Part shown: piece after piece, positions 46,961 to 60,579 of the stretch
Layout of the letters: the number at the start of each line of letters is the position of its first letter
Numbering within the stretch: the first letter of the stretch is position 1
Origin: Chiloscyllium plagiosum
Taxonomy: Eukaryota
NCBI RefSeq assembly: GCF_004010195.1
Contig: NC_057749.1
Location: 8,783,969 to 8,847,968, forward strand
Length of the DNA stretch: 64,000 nucleotides
Direction: 5' to 3'
Made by a program: the position numbers and the translations under genes
The notes under the pieces: model-generated
Databases searched by the model: none
The model's input: the letters and a program-made list of their open reading frames with translations, nothing else
Told to the model about the DNA's origin: nothing

Positions 46961-48315
46961 TGTGTGATTTGTAACTACCCTCTGAAATGGAGTAGGAAGC
47001 CTCTCCTTCAGAGGCAATTAAGCAAAAGCAACAAATGCTGGCCCAGCCAACGATACCCTCATCCCATCAGAGAAGAAAAAGGAAGTTGCAATTTCAAATT
47101 GCTTTGCAACAACAATTATGCATCATTGCCCTAATTCTGGAACATACGTTTAAAAATATGAACTATGTCAGCACTGATTTTTGCCTTCACTCTGTGTGAC
47201 AAGTGGAAGTGGGTGGGGATCAGCACAAGGTCGGACTGTGAACAGAAAGACAGTTGAGTCCCCTTAAGGGACTGCGTGACAAATTGTGACAAGTTTGAAT
47301 TTGGACAGACAGACTCCATCGGGGAACATGTTGGCGTGCCGTGAAGATTGAGTCTTCTCACACGTTACTGTGTTCCAATTGAGCACAAACGTAGCCCCCA
47401 CCCTGTCATTATAAAAACCAAAACATGCAGCGGAGAGATCACATGGCTATATCATTGGATAGTGTGCAGGAAATGGCTAACTAAACATTGTGAAGGAAGT
47501 CTGCAAGAGGTTTACATTGATGGGAAGTGCTCAGGCCAGCAAATCCCTGCATCAATTACAATTGTTCCATCTGATGAAGGAACTAGTGCGAGGGATTGGG
47601 TGGCATGGTGTGAACTGTCACTTGTGGGAGTTTGATTTCCTTTGTGACCTCCTCACTGTCTCGTGTTTCACACCAGCTGCTGGGGGGAACCAAAGCAAGA
47701 TCAGTTTGGCCATTGGACACACAGGTTCCAGTGCACAGCACAGCTCCCCCCACCATTAGTAATATACGTTCATCGAATCACACTCTGAGGTCAATAGCAT
47801 CAGCTAATTATAGAGGACAGTTCCAGAATTAGGGCGATGACGCAGGATTTGGAGCTTGGTATTTGCCTTGGCTCAATGCCAACTCTCCACTCATTCACTG
47901 AGAATCTTCACGGCCCAGTGCATCAGCCTGGGTCAAGGCTGCAGCATCCAGGGTAGTACTGAGGGAGGGCTGCACTGTCGGGGTGCCACATGGATGGTTT
48001 TCCTGCTCCCTTATGGGGACTCAGCTGTCTTTCTGTTCACCAGTCTGGCCTCGTGCTGATGGCTGTCCCCACCCACCCCCACCCCCTGCCCCAGGAATGA
48101 GGAGAGAAGCTTCTCGAGTATTCACGAACAGTAAGGAGCTAGCTTGCAGGGATTTTTGGGACTCTGGGCTTGGAGGAATGGGCCGGAGTTGGAAATTAGT
48201 GAGCTTTCACATTTCTGATTGTGATCCAGAGACCTTCCCCAATCCCTTGGAAGTGCGGCTATGGGCAAGGATTGAGGGCAGGGTCATAGTGCCATCTGTG
48301 ATGGAGCTCTGTTAA

Positions 48316-48915
48316 CATATCACACCACAAAGCATACGCACATACACACGTACATACATTGTGCCACAGAACATACACATACACATCACGCCGTAGAACA
48401 TGCACACACACTACATACACTCATTACACATACCGCACACATTACACACATCATGCCACAAAACATACACACACATTACATATATACACACATTGCGCCA
48501 CAGAACAACATCACACACACATGCCATAGAACATACACACATACATACACTCATTACACAGATACACACATCACACCACAGAACATACACCCGTACACAG
48601 ATACACACAACACGCACCACACAAATACATGCACATTCAAACACATACACACATCAGGCATATACGCACATCACACCATACATCACACACACATGCATAT
48701 CATACATCAAACACATACATGCATCACATATATCACATACATAACACACATACATACATCACACACACACATCATACACATATACGCACATGTACACACC
48801 ACACATAGAACACATCTACACACAAACACATCACATATATCTAACAGACACACCATACACAAAAACACACACCATACATGCGCGCTCTAATTTTCTCTCT
48901 CTCTCTCTCTCGCAC
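48316..48915. repeat. Low-complexity CA/CATA tract followed by (CT)n
   Basis: Degenerate acacat repeats with recurring ccacagaacatacac; the source of His/Thr pseudo-ORFs. Confidence 0.92.
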
Positions 48916-49309
48916 ACCCTCTGTCAGATATAAAAAAAAATTGTCTCCAGGTGAGGAAGGGAGAGAATGACTTAGAATGTCATAGAAAGAGAAAGGTTGT
49001 ACATTTTATGAACAGTTGTGGAATACCACCTTCTGTATTTTAACTGCCTTTTAAGGTCATTTGAGCTATCTTCATAACATTTGGTTTCAGGTAATAGATG
49101 TTAGTATTCCTAGTCATATTTTCTATATTTTATATAACGATTTACATTCCTCCCTTTCTAAATTAAATACCTTTTCAATTGAGGTTTATTTAAAATTTGT
49201 CTTTTCCCTCCTCAAAGTGTTTAAAAAGTTATTTCTATCCCTACCTCAGAGTCTATTATCACCTGTGACTGTGACATATATTGTGCTGTTGAGGGGCTAC
49301 CTTGGATAT

Positions 49310-49685
49310 CAGGATTATAGGAGGGCAGTGGTTCAAGAAGGCAGCTCACCACCACTTTCTCAAGGGGCAACTAGGGACGGGTAATAAATGCTGACCCAGC
49401 CAGTGATGCCCATGTCCCACAAATGAATAAATTATGTCCAAACAGTCCTGACATCACAGGACCATCCTGAATTCATCTCGTTCAGTCAACAATGACCAGC
49501 CTCTGACCTCCTGCTGTTTATGTTTATGCGATGAGTCTAGTTGAGTTTCTGATCAATGATAACCCCCACAGGATGTTGATAGTGGGGGATTCAGTGATGG
49601 TTACACCGTTGAATGTCAAGGGGCAGTGGTTTGATGGTCGTTTTTTGGAGATGGTCATTGCTTGGCATTTGTGTGGCGTGAATGG
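49310..49685. mobile_element. Two second-family CR1/L2-like fragments (3' end + strand 49310-49432; ORF2 piece - strand 49490-49685)
   Basis: ttcaagaaggcagctcaccaccac..aataaatgctg; ttgagtttctgatcaatgataacccc. Confidence 0.72.
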
Positions 49686-50476
49686 GGGTGCCGCCAATCA
49701 TTTAGACAGGCACAGTCCCAGTTTGGGTACAATTTTGTGAGAAATGGGAAAGGATGGGGTGAAAAATATTCAATCCTTTCCTTTTGTGTGTGCTATCAGC
49801 TTTGCTGGAATCCACGCTCCAGGCTTGCATGAAAAATTCATGCTAAATAAAAAGCTGTAAAGGATAGGAGTCCGTCGGCTTAGCCAAGTGGAAAGGGACA
49901 TCGTAAGTGACCCCTTATATCTGTTGTGTGGTCTTTTATTTTAATAAAGGAAGCTTAGTCTCTTTTAGTGTCTTAATTATTGATGATTCGCATCGGGATG
50001 TTGACTCCATTATGAGGCTGACCTTTCCAATAGACCATTCCCTACCACAATTCTCTACCCCCGCCCCTCCCCCACCAAAGGCCAGCGAAACCTGATCAGC
50101 TTCAAGCAATTAGAGAGCTGCCAATCACCAGCTGCTTATATTAATCACCCTGCCATCCTTTATTTAAAATCGGGAAATATTTCTTGGCTGTGTTTCCTTT
50201 CAAAAGGAATTATTTTTCCCTCTACTACAAACCCTTGTTTTAAATCTCCGTGGCAAAGCAGTGTGCCCCTGCACTCCAGTGCAATAACGGCTTGCATTTA
50301 TGTAGCGCCTTCTGGGCGCAGTAACACACCTCAAGGTGCTTTATGGGAGCTGCTGTGTCACGCAAAATGACACGAGCCACGTGAGGCATTATGAGGGCAG
50401 GTGACCAGAAGCTTGGTCCAAGAGACATGTTTTAAGGAGCATTTTTGAATGAGGGAAGCAAAGGAGAGAAGTTTGG

Positions 50477-50590
50477 GGAGAAAGTGAGGACTGCAGATGC
50501 TGGAGATCAGAGCTGAAAATGTGTTGCTGGANNNGGGGCGGGGGCGGAGAGGTCAGGAAGAAGATTGCAGGTTAGGAAGGCGGTGCTGAG
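50477..50590 (-). mobile_element. PLE family A fragment spanning a 3-N gap (50532-50534)
   Basis: ggagaaagtgaggactgcagatgctggagatcagag terminus, same as at 14028. Confidence 0.65.
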
Positions 50591-50661
50591 TTGTTTGGGG
50601 CCCAGGCAACTGAGGGCACCAATGGTGGAGTGATTAAAATCGGAGATGCACAAATTAGAGG

Positions 50662-51575
50662 CATTTTTTATTCCGTCGTGGGATGTGGACATCACTGGGT
50701 GGGCCAGCATTTATTTCTTGTCCCTAGTTGCCCCTTGAGTAGGTGGGGGTTAGCTGCCTTCTTGAACCGCTACACTCCACTTTCTGTGGGATGACCCACA
50801 ATGCCGCTTAGGGAGAGAATTCCAGTATTTTGACCTAGTGACAGTGAAGGAACAGCGATATATTTCTAAGTCAGGATGTTGAGTGGCTTGCAGCTGGTGG
50901 TGTTCCCATGTACCTACTGCCCTTGTTCTTCTAGATGTAAGTGGTCATGGGATTGAAAGGTGCTGAGGATCTTGGGTGAATTTCTGCAGTGCATCTTATA
51001 GAGGTCAAGGGAGCGGATTCCTGTGGATCTTGTGCCAATCAGGCAGGCTGCTTTGTCCTGAGTAGTGTCAAGCTTCTTCAGTGTTTGTGGAGCTGCACTC
51101 ATTCAGGCAAGTGGGGAGTATTCCATCACACTCCTGACTTGGGCCTTGTCCATGGCGGGCAGGCTTTGGGGAGTCAAAAGGTGAGTTACCTTAGTATTCC
51201 TAGCCTCTGACCTGCTCTCATAGCCGCTGTGTTTATGTGGTGAGTCCAGTTGAGTTTCTGATCAATGATAACTCCCAGGATGATGATAGTGGGGGATTCA
51301 GTGATGGTAACACTCTTGAATGACAGGAGGCGGTGGTTAGATTGACACTTATTGGAGATAGTCGTTGCCTGGCATTTGTGTGGCACAAATGTTACTTACC
51401 ACTTGTTGGCCCAAGCCTGGGTATTGTCCAGATCTTACTGCATTTGAACATGGACTACCTGAGTATCTGAGTAATCGCAAATGGTGCTGAACAGTGTGCA
51501 ATCATCGCCGAACATGCCTACTTATGATCTTAAGATGGAGGAAAGGTCATTAGTGAAGCAGATAGAAATGGTTGG
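50662..51575 (-). mobile_element. Second-family CR1/L2-like LINE 3' ~900 bp
   Basis: PHKCQATTISNK..TITESPTI.ILGVIIDQKLNWTHHINT.A.RAGQRLGILR; TLKKLDT.QDKAACLIG. Confidence 0.85.
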
Positions 51576-51781
51576 GTGGATATCTCAGAGGGTTGTGGGG
51601 CTAGAGGAGTCATGGATATCAGGAGGGCAAGCCCTGGAAGGATTTATAAACAAGGGCAAGAGTTTGAAAAATCAAGACATTGTTGGACCCATTGTATCAA
51701 ATCCAAGTCAGCAAGGACAAGGATTAAAAAAGGCAACAGGATTTGGTGCAAATTGGGACACAGAAAACAGTGTTTACAGAA

Positions 51782-51870
51782 GCATAGAGATGTCCAGCAT
51801 GGAAACAGACCCTTCAGTCCAACTCGTCCATGCTGACCAGATTCCTAAATTCATCTAGCTCCATTTGCCT
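51782..51870 (-). mobile_element. HER1 3' tail
   Basis: catagagatgtccagcatggaaacagacccttcagtccaac. Confidence 0.82.
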
Positions 51871-53256
51871 TCCAATGATGTTTATGGAGGGTGGGAAAAA
51901 TGAGAGCAGCCAGGCAATTATTGTGATTGGTTGGTCTAGAGGTGACATATGCCTGGATGAGGAATTTGGCCTCAGATGAGCTGAGGCATTGAGTTGGGGC
52001 CATGTTGGAGGTGGAGATTGTTAGTGGAAGCACAAATATGAGTTTACATCAAGGTCAAACATGGCACCAAGATTGCAAGCAAACTATTGAAGAGAGACGG
52101 ATGGATACCACAGGGGTGGTAAGGAATTCGGAATGGGGTTGGTGGGGAGATGGATAACAATGGCTCTTGACTTGGCGATAATTCAATGGAGGAGATTTCT
52201 GCTCATCCAATGCTGGTAAGCAGTCTGATCATTCTGTAACTAGCTAATTGGGAACCAGGACCCTTCCAGCTCCCGCTGCTGTCAAGGTGTCGGCTTGGGA
52301 TTCCTACTGGGGTTCCGAATCCCACGGGAAAATCCTGCCTTCTGAATGCAGCTGTGGGTCTGAAGAGTTGTCAAGTGGGAACCTCCCAGAGTGCCTGCCC
52401 TGGGGTACAAACTGTGCTGAGTCACATTTTGCTAGCTGGCGGTGAGCGATGTGGAGCCACGCTGCACTTTTCTTTTCAAGTTTTCTAACTTAATTATTCG
52501 CAATCTCTCACTCAATCTGGCTCATACCCTCTCCCATTCCTGCTGTCTCTGTGCCTTTCCCTCTCCCTCCCCCCACCTCTTGTTGCTTTGCTACCGCTAG
52601 CTTTTCCAGTTTTTGTCACAAGTCTGAGATTTGGACTGAGCCACATATTACAGACAGAAAAGCTAATGTCAGTGAGGAGGCTTCCAAGCCCTGCAGTGTT
52701 TGTTAATCACACATACCTTTAATTTTCTTTGTTTCATTATCATAGAGTATGCTGGCTATCTGAGCCCCACCTGATTCAGCAGCTTGTTAGAAATGATCGT
52801 GAAACCCAATTAAAGCCCAGAAATAGATCAGCGTTCAAGCTCTGCTATTCTCGTTTGACTCACTCAGCCACTTTCTGAGCAACCATTCTGGGTAGACAAG
52901 GAGTTATGGAGAAAGGTTTGACAAGAAGATGCTGCCTGAGCTTGTCCTGCTGTTAAGTCTGATGTCCCTACAGTGCACAACACTGAAAATGAGGCCATTG
53001 ACAAGGGTCAACTCCCTTGTAAGGTTCCATTTGATGTCAGCCACCGGAGTCAAGTTGCTGATCAGTCGTGATCCCATTGTGTGAGAGAACAGGGGCTGAA
53101 TGGCCTCCTCACATGGTGTGGGTGATAATGACAAGTTTGCATGTATCTCCATCCCTCGCTATTGCAATGGTCATTAGGAGTCAGGCATGTTCTGTGACAG
53201 AAGTGTTGCCTGTAGAGCCAATTAGTGGACCATTTGCTGACTGTGTTAGTGTCTTT

Positions 53257-53850
53257 AACATAGAGCAATCCAGCACAGAAATGGGCCCTTCTGCCCACAA
53301 TGTTGGGCTGAACATGATGCCAAATTAAACTAACCCCTTCTTCCTGCCCTTGGTCCATATCCCTCCATTCCCTGCATATTCACGTGCTTATCTCAAAGCC
53401 CCTTAAACGCCCCTACCATATCTGTCTTCACCACCACAACCACCCCTGGTAGCATATTCCAGACTCCTCCCACTCTATGTAAAAAACCTGTCCCTCACAT
53501 CTGCTTTGAACTTTCCCCCTCATCTTAAATGCATGTTCCCACATATTCGACATTTCAACTCTGGGAAAAAGATTCTGACCATCAACCCTATCTCTGCATC
53601 TCATAATTTTATAGATTTCTATCAAGTCTCCCCTCAGCCTCTGCCACTCCAGAGAAAATAACCTGAGTTTTTCCAGCCTCTCCTTATAGCTCATACCCTC
53701 TAATCCAGGCAGCATCCTGGGAAATCTCTTATGCACCCTCTCCAAAGTCTTCACATCCTTCCTGTAATGTGATAGCCAGAATTGAACGCAATACTCTAAG
53801 TGTGGCCTAACCAAAGTCTTATAAAACTGCAACATGACATTCTGACTCTT
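53257..53850 (-). mobile_element. CR1 LINE 3' fragment
   Basis: VMLQFYKTLVRPHLEYCVQFW.SHYRKDVKTLERV.KRF.RMLPGLEGMSY.ERL. Confidence 0.92.
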
Positions 53851-54889
53851 GTGCAGCAATTTTTACAGTAACCTAATAGCTTTTAGGGTCATTTTGTTTG
53901 GCTCTTGTCCACAAATGGTCAGATTTAATAGAATTTATGTTCTGTGATGATATTTGAAGTCCTGATTTGCAGCGTGGTGGTTTGGTTTTCCTGCTGTTCT
54001 GCATTGGCGACATCTCAAAGAGCTGTACCATGCTTTGGATGTCCTGAGGCGGTGGTGAGAGGTGCTATAACAACTCAAGGCTTTTACTCAGCTTCACATT
54101 TGGCTCTAAGCTCCTTGCCTCTCTTACCCCCTTTCCTCCCTCCTATTTTCTCTGTCTTGCTCCCTCCCTTCCTCATTACATCTCTATTGTCCCTTGCTGC
54201 TTCTCTTTCCTTTGCGCACTCCCTATCTCCCTCCTTCCCTTGATTGCACTCCTTTCCTATTCTCACTCTCACTGTATGACCACTCAGCCACTGTACCACA
54301 TCTGATACCCCTTATTTCCACTGTAAAAGTGCCTCTATCTCTTGAATCTAAAGTGACTGGACTTATGCAGTCAGCTTGAAGTTCAGTGTTGGAAGATCCT
54401 GACAGACCAGGAGTTGTATTGACTGAACATCAAATTTAGCCTTTTCAATCCAGACAGAAAATCGGAAAGCCTATCACTCCAAGGGACCGTCTCAGATATG
54501 ATCTCCATTTATAAAGTGTTTGCTTGTCGTGTGACAGCAATAAATTAATCCCTTGGGTTGATATCAATGATCACCCCTAAAGGGTACTGAGTTCAGTTGT
54601 CACATGATGTGGAGCACAGAGGTTTGGATTGCTTGACCCATGACTGAGTCTTGTTTGCTGGGCTGTTTGATTGATAAGAGATCCTCAGCATTTAATGGTG
54701 GTGTTCATTTAAGAATTGAGGTGCATTTCATTCGCTGGGAAGACTTGCATATATATTAACATTACAGATCAGTCAAGCAGTTAGGAACTTAGACCGTGGC
54801 CTTTACTGGATGGAGTCTGCAGTGCAAGAGGAATGAAGGCTAACGGCAATTGTTCAGTCCTTTGGTGAGACCACATCTGGATTACTATC

Positions 54890-55262
54890 AGGATCATACA
54901 GTACAGAAACAGACCCTTCGATCCAACCAGTCCATGCCGACCATAATTCCAAACTCAACTAATCCCAACTGCATGTTCCTGGCCCATATCCCTCCAAACA
55001 TTTCTTATCCGTGAACTTATCCAAACGTCTTTTGAACTGTAACTGTACCCACATCCACCACTTCCTCTGGAAATTCATTCCACACGTGACCCACACACTC
55101 TGTGTAAACAAAAATGCCCCTCGTGTCTTTTTTAAATCTTGCTCCTCTCATCTTTAAGAAATGCGCCCCCTGGTGTTGAAATCCCCCCCCCACCCCCAAA
55201 CTAGGGAGAAGGTACTTGCCATTTACCTTATCTATGCCCCTCATGATTTTATAGACCTATAT
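54890..55262 (-). mobile_element. HER1/CR1 3' fragment
   Basis: MRGIDKVN..RFKKD.RG..VWNE.PEEVVD.GT. Confidence 0.85.
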
Positions 55263-55289
55263 AATGGGAAATAGATGGAAATGCAACCC

Positions 55290-55470
55290 CATTTGATGTT
55301 TTTAAGGCAAAGATAGATTTTTTAACAGTAAAGGAATTAAGGGTTATGGTGAGCAGGTGGAGAAATGGACCTGAGTCCACGGAATGTTCAGCCACAATCT
55401 TATTGAATGGCGGTACAGGCTGGATGGGCCAGATGGCCTACTCCTGCACCTATTCCTTATGTTTTTACTG
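55290..55470 (+). mobile_element. CR1 3' tail
   Basis: aaggaattaagggttatgg..ggccagatggcctactcctgc. Confidence 0.7.
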
Positions 55471-55574
55471 TGTTCAACCTCCTACTGTGTGTAGCTTTAC
55501 CCTCCTTACCTATGGAGGGAGATACTTGCCTTTAAAAGGGGTGCAATGGAGGTCCATAAGACAGGAGAGATACG

Positions 55575-56310
55575 GTTCTGTACTTGGCTTGGTAATCCAG
55601 AGGCCTAAGCTAATGCTCTGGGAACATGGGTTCAACTCTCACCAAGTGGATGGAATTTGAACTCAGTTGCTCAAAAAAGTGGGACTTTAAAACTAGTCTG
55701 AGTATTGACGACCATGACAACTCTCCATTGAGTTTTGGAAAACCTATCTGATTCACTCCCTGAGGGAGGTGAAATAACTGTCACTATGTCACCCTTTAAT
55801 TACTTGTGCAAAGTACACTGGCTTTGGTCACTGTGATGCGATTGACTCCCAATTGCCCTCCAAAATGGTTGAGCATCTTCCTGATGAACAGCCATATCAA
55901 CTCTCTGCTGCTCCGCAGGTGCTGCCTGACCTGCTGTGCTTTTCCAGTACCATACTACTCGACTCTCCAGCATCTGCAGTCCTCACTTTCTCCTGGCTGT
56001 GGTCAGTCAGCTCGGAGTCAGTCCCGGAGCTGAGGGGATTTGAAATCCCATGTTAATGTTGATCAGCCAGTGCCTCCTGGTCTGTCCAGGTTAACAAACT
56101 CAGTCAGGGATCTCGATGTCAATGGGGTCCACCTGGTTCCAATCACTACAGCAAGGAAATCTGCCATCCTTTCCTGGTCTGGCTTATATGTGACCCCAGA
56201 GTCTCAGTAATGTGATTGACTCTCAGTTGCCCTCCGAAATGGTCAAGCAAGCAACTCCATTTAAGGGTGATTCAGGGATGGGCAACAAGTACTCACCTTA
56301 CCTGCAATGA
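55575..56310 (+). mobile_element. Fragmented SINE family 2 pieces with a PLE fragment at 55877-55993
   Basis: taatccagagg..gggttcaa; cctgatgaa..gctgcctgacctgctgtgc..ccagcatctgcagtcctcactttctcc. Confidence 0.6.
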
Positions 56311-56349
56311 AGGAATGGTAGATTTGCCAGATGAGGTGATTAACATAAG

Positions 56350-56975
56350 AGAATGGATTGAGTAGAATTGAACTGCATTCACTGGAGAATGAGAATATAA
56401 AGTGATGGAGGTTTGAGACAGAGTGGATGCACAGCAATTGTTTTCTCCTGGCTGGGGAAATCTAGAACATGGGGCACAGTCTCCTGGTAATGGTCAATCA
56501 TTTTTTTTTCCCTCTGAGGGATGTGAGCCTTTAGAACCCTGCTTCCATCAGCTTTTCAGGAAGAGTCCTTAATTATTTTTAAGAAAGAGACAGATAGATA
56601 GATTTTAAGACAGAGGTCGGTAGATTCCTGTTCAGCCGAGGGTGTCCGGGTGGACAGGAATACAGTCTTGAGGTTACAATCAGATCAGCCACGAATGAAT
56701 TATCGAATGGTGAGCACGCTCGAGGGGCCGAATGGCCTACTCCTGTTCCTAGTTATATCACTTAGGAATTGGGTGATGAGAATTTGATCTCTCGGAGTGT
56801 TGTGGATGTTCAGAATTCTCTCCCCAAGAGGGCTGTGGATGTTCTGCTGGTGAATGTTGAGGTTGATAGGTTGGGCACCGAGGGACATGGGGATAAGGCA
56901 GGAAAGTTGACATTGTATTGAATTGGGAGCGTGCTCAAAGAGACACATGGCTTACTGCTCTCATTTCCTATGTCC
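56350..56975 (+). mobile_element. Two old CR1 3' fragments in tandem
   Basis: gaatctagaac..ggggcacagtc; tail ctcgaggggccgaatggcctactcctg; aattctctccccaagagggctgtgga. Confidence 0.6.
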
Positions 56976-56999
56976 TGGATCACAGCTTGCACAGCCTGA

Positions 57000-57385
57000 A
57001 GGTTTCCGGAAGGTCTGTATAGCCAGGAAAGTACAGTTTTGCAATGTGCTTTTTGCAGGAATGTCAGGAAGGAAGCAACCAATTTGCACACAGTAAGCTC
57101 CCTCAAAAAGTGACACGGAAATAAGCTGATAGTCTGCTTTTGTGATTGTGTGTGCGGTATAGATATTGGCCAGGACACTGAAGGGAACTCAGCTGTTCGT
57201 GTTTGCCATCCAGAGAGAATCATTAGTTAAGCATCTTATCCTGAAAAGACGACATCTCTGGCGATACAACACTCCCTCAGTACTGCACCGGAGTGCCAAA
57301 TGGATTATGTACTCTATCCTCCAGAGTGGGGGTTTTAAACTGCAACCTCCTAACTCAGAAGTGAGGGCACTACCCACTCAGTGAA
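57000..57385 (-). mobile_element. Deu-domain SINE
   Basis: aatttgcacacag.aagctccc; tgaaaagacg.catctctg; actccctcagtactgcac.ggagtg. Confidence 0.72.
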
Positions 57386-57849
57386 AAATGAAAAATCCCA
57401 TGGCGGTGAAAAACACAGTTTTTAAAAAAAGTGCAAAGTCTTTCTCCTGACTCTCACAGCAATATGACTGCCCCTCATAAGCTGCTCCTTCTGCTGATGG
57501 GTTCCAGTGGCAAACTTATTCATTGGTATATAACCTTTTAATCCTGTGTAGGAATTAGGGAGAGCTTGGATCGGCGCAGAGAGAGCCAGGCTGCATGGCA
57601 GCTGCTTGTACTGAGCTTTGCAAAGCCTTATCCGCATCTCGATGATAAATCACTTACTCTTGTTATACACGTGTTGTTCAGATATGCTGAAGTTTGTAAT
57701 TCTGCACATGCTCATGGTACAAGTTGTAGGCATCAAGCTATATGACTCTGACGTCTTAGCCTTCTGAAACTTGCACGTTGCATTATACCCTGAAGTAATT
57801 ATGAATGGCTTCACCAGGACAAATTACAAGCAGCAAAACATGAGATGCC

Positions 57850-58235
57850 GTGGTTCTAGGTGTGTTCTCCGAGCTGGGAAATTGATTTGCAGACCTTTTG
57901 TCCCCCTGTCTGGGTGACATCTTCAGGGCTTTGGAGCCTCCTGTAAAGTGCCTCTGTACGGTCTTCTGGAATTTATTTGGTTCCATTCCTGCTGCTTCTG
58001 GTTTGTCGTTGTATATTGGGTCCAGGTTTGTGTGTTTGTTGATGGAGTCTGTGGCTGTATGCCATGCTTCTAAAAATTCTCTGGCCATCCTCTGTTTAGT
58101 TTGTCCTATGATCATTTTGTTGTCCCAGTTGAATGTGTGGTCCTGTCATTCTGTGTGCGTGGCTACTAGGGACGGGTTAGTGGCTAGTTGGTGTTCATGG
58201 ATGTGGATTGCTAGTTGTCTGTCTGTTTGTCCTTT
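57850..58235 (-). mobile_element. Penelope-like element 3' end: GIY-YIG endonuclease remnant plus degenerate hammerhead (family C)
   Basis: Minus translation GQT.RQL...IHEHQLA..HTFNWDN..IIGQ.KQR.AREFLEAWH....SINKH..LDPIY; downstream ctgaagatgtcacc..ggggacaaaaggtc. Confidence 0.82.
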
Positions 58236-58289
58236 ACAGTGTTACGAGATGCCCCTTGTAACCCGGTAGTAGTTGGGAATGTAAATCCA

Positions 58290-58478
58290 AAGTTGCTATA
58301 GTCCCACTTTCTCATTAGAGGGAGGTGAGTGGTGATGGTTTAACCTCAGGGTCACCACGGCTCAGGTGAGGGGAGAGATTGAGAAAGCAAGTTACCTCGG
58401 CCAACACGGGAATTGAACCTGCGTCGCTGGTAATGCTCTGTGTTGTTAATCAGCCATCCAGCCAGCTGAGCTACCCAA
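58290..58478 (-). mobile_element. MER131-like SINE
   Basis: aagttgctatagtccca..tttaacctcagggtcaccac..gggaattgaacc..ccagctgagcta. Confidence 0.62.
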
Positions 58479-58569
58479 TCCCCTTAGGGGTGATTGCTGA
58501 GGTGAATCACTCACCAAACTAGCTTCCTTCTCAAAGATTCCACTCGTTGCATAAGTTAGAATAATAAAG

Positions 58570-58860
58570 GCCTTTTCCCCAGGGTGTGGGAGTACAAAAC
58601 CAGAGGGCAGTTTTACGGTGAGAGGAGAAAGATTTAAAAGGGACCGGAGGGGCAGCTTTTTCATGCAGAGGGTGGTGCGTGTATGGAATAAGCTGCCAGA
58701 GGAAGTGGTAGATGCAGGTACAGTTAGCACATTGAAAAGACATTTGGACGTGTACATGAATAGACAAGGTTTAGAGGGAAATGTCCCAAAAGCAGGCAAG
58801 TGGGACCAATTTAGTTCGGGAAACTTGGTCAATATGGGCGATTTGTTTCCACGCTGTAGG
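58570..58860 (+). mobile_element. HER1 3' fragment
   Basis: RGERFKRDRRGSFF.QRVVRVWN.LPEEVVDAGT. Confidence 0.88.
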
Positions 58861-59304
58861 GCTCACCATTTTTCCCATCTCTTTTCCGAATCCATGTGGA
58901 AATAATTTCGAGACAGACAGCTTTGTTCGAATCCAGCCGCTTGACGCTCGGCCTGGTGTTATGTTGATTAATTGTCCAGCAGTGACACCCAGCCTTGCAT
59001 TGTTGATATTGTGGAAATAGGTACCACCGAGCTTAACGCTTGTTTGGCTTAATTTGATGGTATAAAGCTGCCTCCTCGGAGTGAATTCACTGCAAGTTCT
59101 TGTCGGCTGAACTGCTACTGACTTGCTGCCAACGACTCATGTCAGTGATTAGTTTAGTCTTTCCCCGCACTGTCCCTACCCTAGCCCCATCTCCCTCAGC
59201 AAAGCAATACCACAGCTTAGCGATGAATAGGAAGCAAAGCATAAACAGAGAAGATTAAGAGGCCATTTGATGGAGGTGTTTGCAATCATGGAGGGTTAGA
59301 TAAG

Positions 59305-60260
59305 GTGGCGTGGTGGTAACCTTTCTGGATTAGTAATTATAAAGGCACAGTCGAGAGAGGAAAGGGTTCAAATCCTACCGCAGCTGCTGGGGGAGTTTAA
59401 ATTTGGTTTATAAAACCTGGAATTGAATGTTTGTTTCATGAACACCATTGGCAAAACAGTCATTAATTGTTTTAAACTGTAATGACCTTTCATCAAATCC
59501 CAGAATGCTTACGGGCACAGAGGAGGCCATTTGACCCAAAGTGCTAGCACCGGTTCTCTCACCTGGTGCCAATCTCCCACCTTTTCCCCATATCCCTGCT
59601 CATCATTTGTATCCAAATTGTCATCCAGTGTCCCTCTTGAATGCCTCGATTGAACCTGCCTCCACCACAATTCCAGGTAGTGGAATTCCACACACGAATT
59701 ACTCACTGAGTGAAAAGTCACAATCAATAGAAGAAAAACCTTCAGCAGAAAGCAGTCAAGGCCAAAAGATTGTGCAGTTAAAAGAAGGAGTACTTGGGGG
59801 CTTAAGGGATTAAAGGCAGTGAGAGAGAGGCAGGAACAGGCTATTGAGTTGGATGATCAGCCACGATCATATTGAATGGTGGAGCAGGCTCGAAGAGCCT
59901 ATTTTCTACATTTCAATGAGTGAGGGGATGCTGTGACATCTTTCGAGAGTGGCATTAACTGGAGGCCTGCTCAGATCGATGTGAAACATCCCACAGTGCA
60001 CTTTGATGAAGAGCAGGAGACTCTTCCCTGGTCTCCAATTCAATAGGACAGAGACAAGGGGAATTGTTTCTCCTGGAGGGTTAAATCCCATCGGAATCAT
60101 GTGCCCAAGAAGGTGGTGGAGCCAGGGTCTCTGAATATTTTAAGGTGGAGGTAGATACGTTCGAGTTAGAAAAGGGTTGTTGGTGGCATGAAAGAGGAAT
60201 TGAGGTCTGAGGTGGGTCAGACTTGAGGGGCTGAATGATCTACCGCTCCTCTTTCTTATT
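59305..60260. mobile_element. Cluster of short SINE2, CR1 (both strands) and Deu-SINE remnants
   Basis: SINE2 head ~59305-59490; CR1 tails ~59505-59710 (-), ~59740-59905 (+), ~60060-60260 (+). Confidence 0.55.
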
Positions 60261-60579
60261 GAACAGTCTACCTTGAGCCCAGCCCTCATTGTGTGGCACC
60301 AAACCATTTGATATAAAGATATTAGTTGCTGCTGCGCCACCAGCTCTGATTGAGCCGGTTGTGAAGGCAAATGGGGTAGAGATTCGGGTTTCGTACTGCA
60401 TTAGAGGCCACACTGATGGGATTGTGATTCATGTGTTGTGATTCTGATGAGATTAAACTATCAGATGTGAAGGATTCCCCTCCCGTTCTGCCGTAGGCTG
60501 TAGTCTACAGGTATACTGTGCCCACAGAATCTCTGTACGGCTGTGATGCCCCTGAGATTGTCCCTGATCTTTGCTGGTT

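Noticed and set aside
48400..48890. His/Thr-rich ORFs (114-145 aa)
   Set aside because: Artefact of the CA/CATA low-complexity tract.
53428..53859. 143-aa ORF as a functional gene
   Set aside because: A 5'-truncated CR1 ORF2 C-terminus with a frameshifted end; no active LINE in the window.
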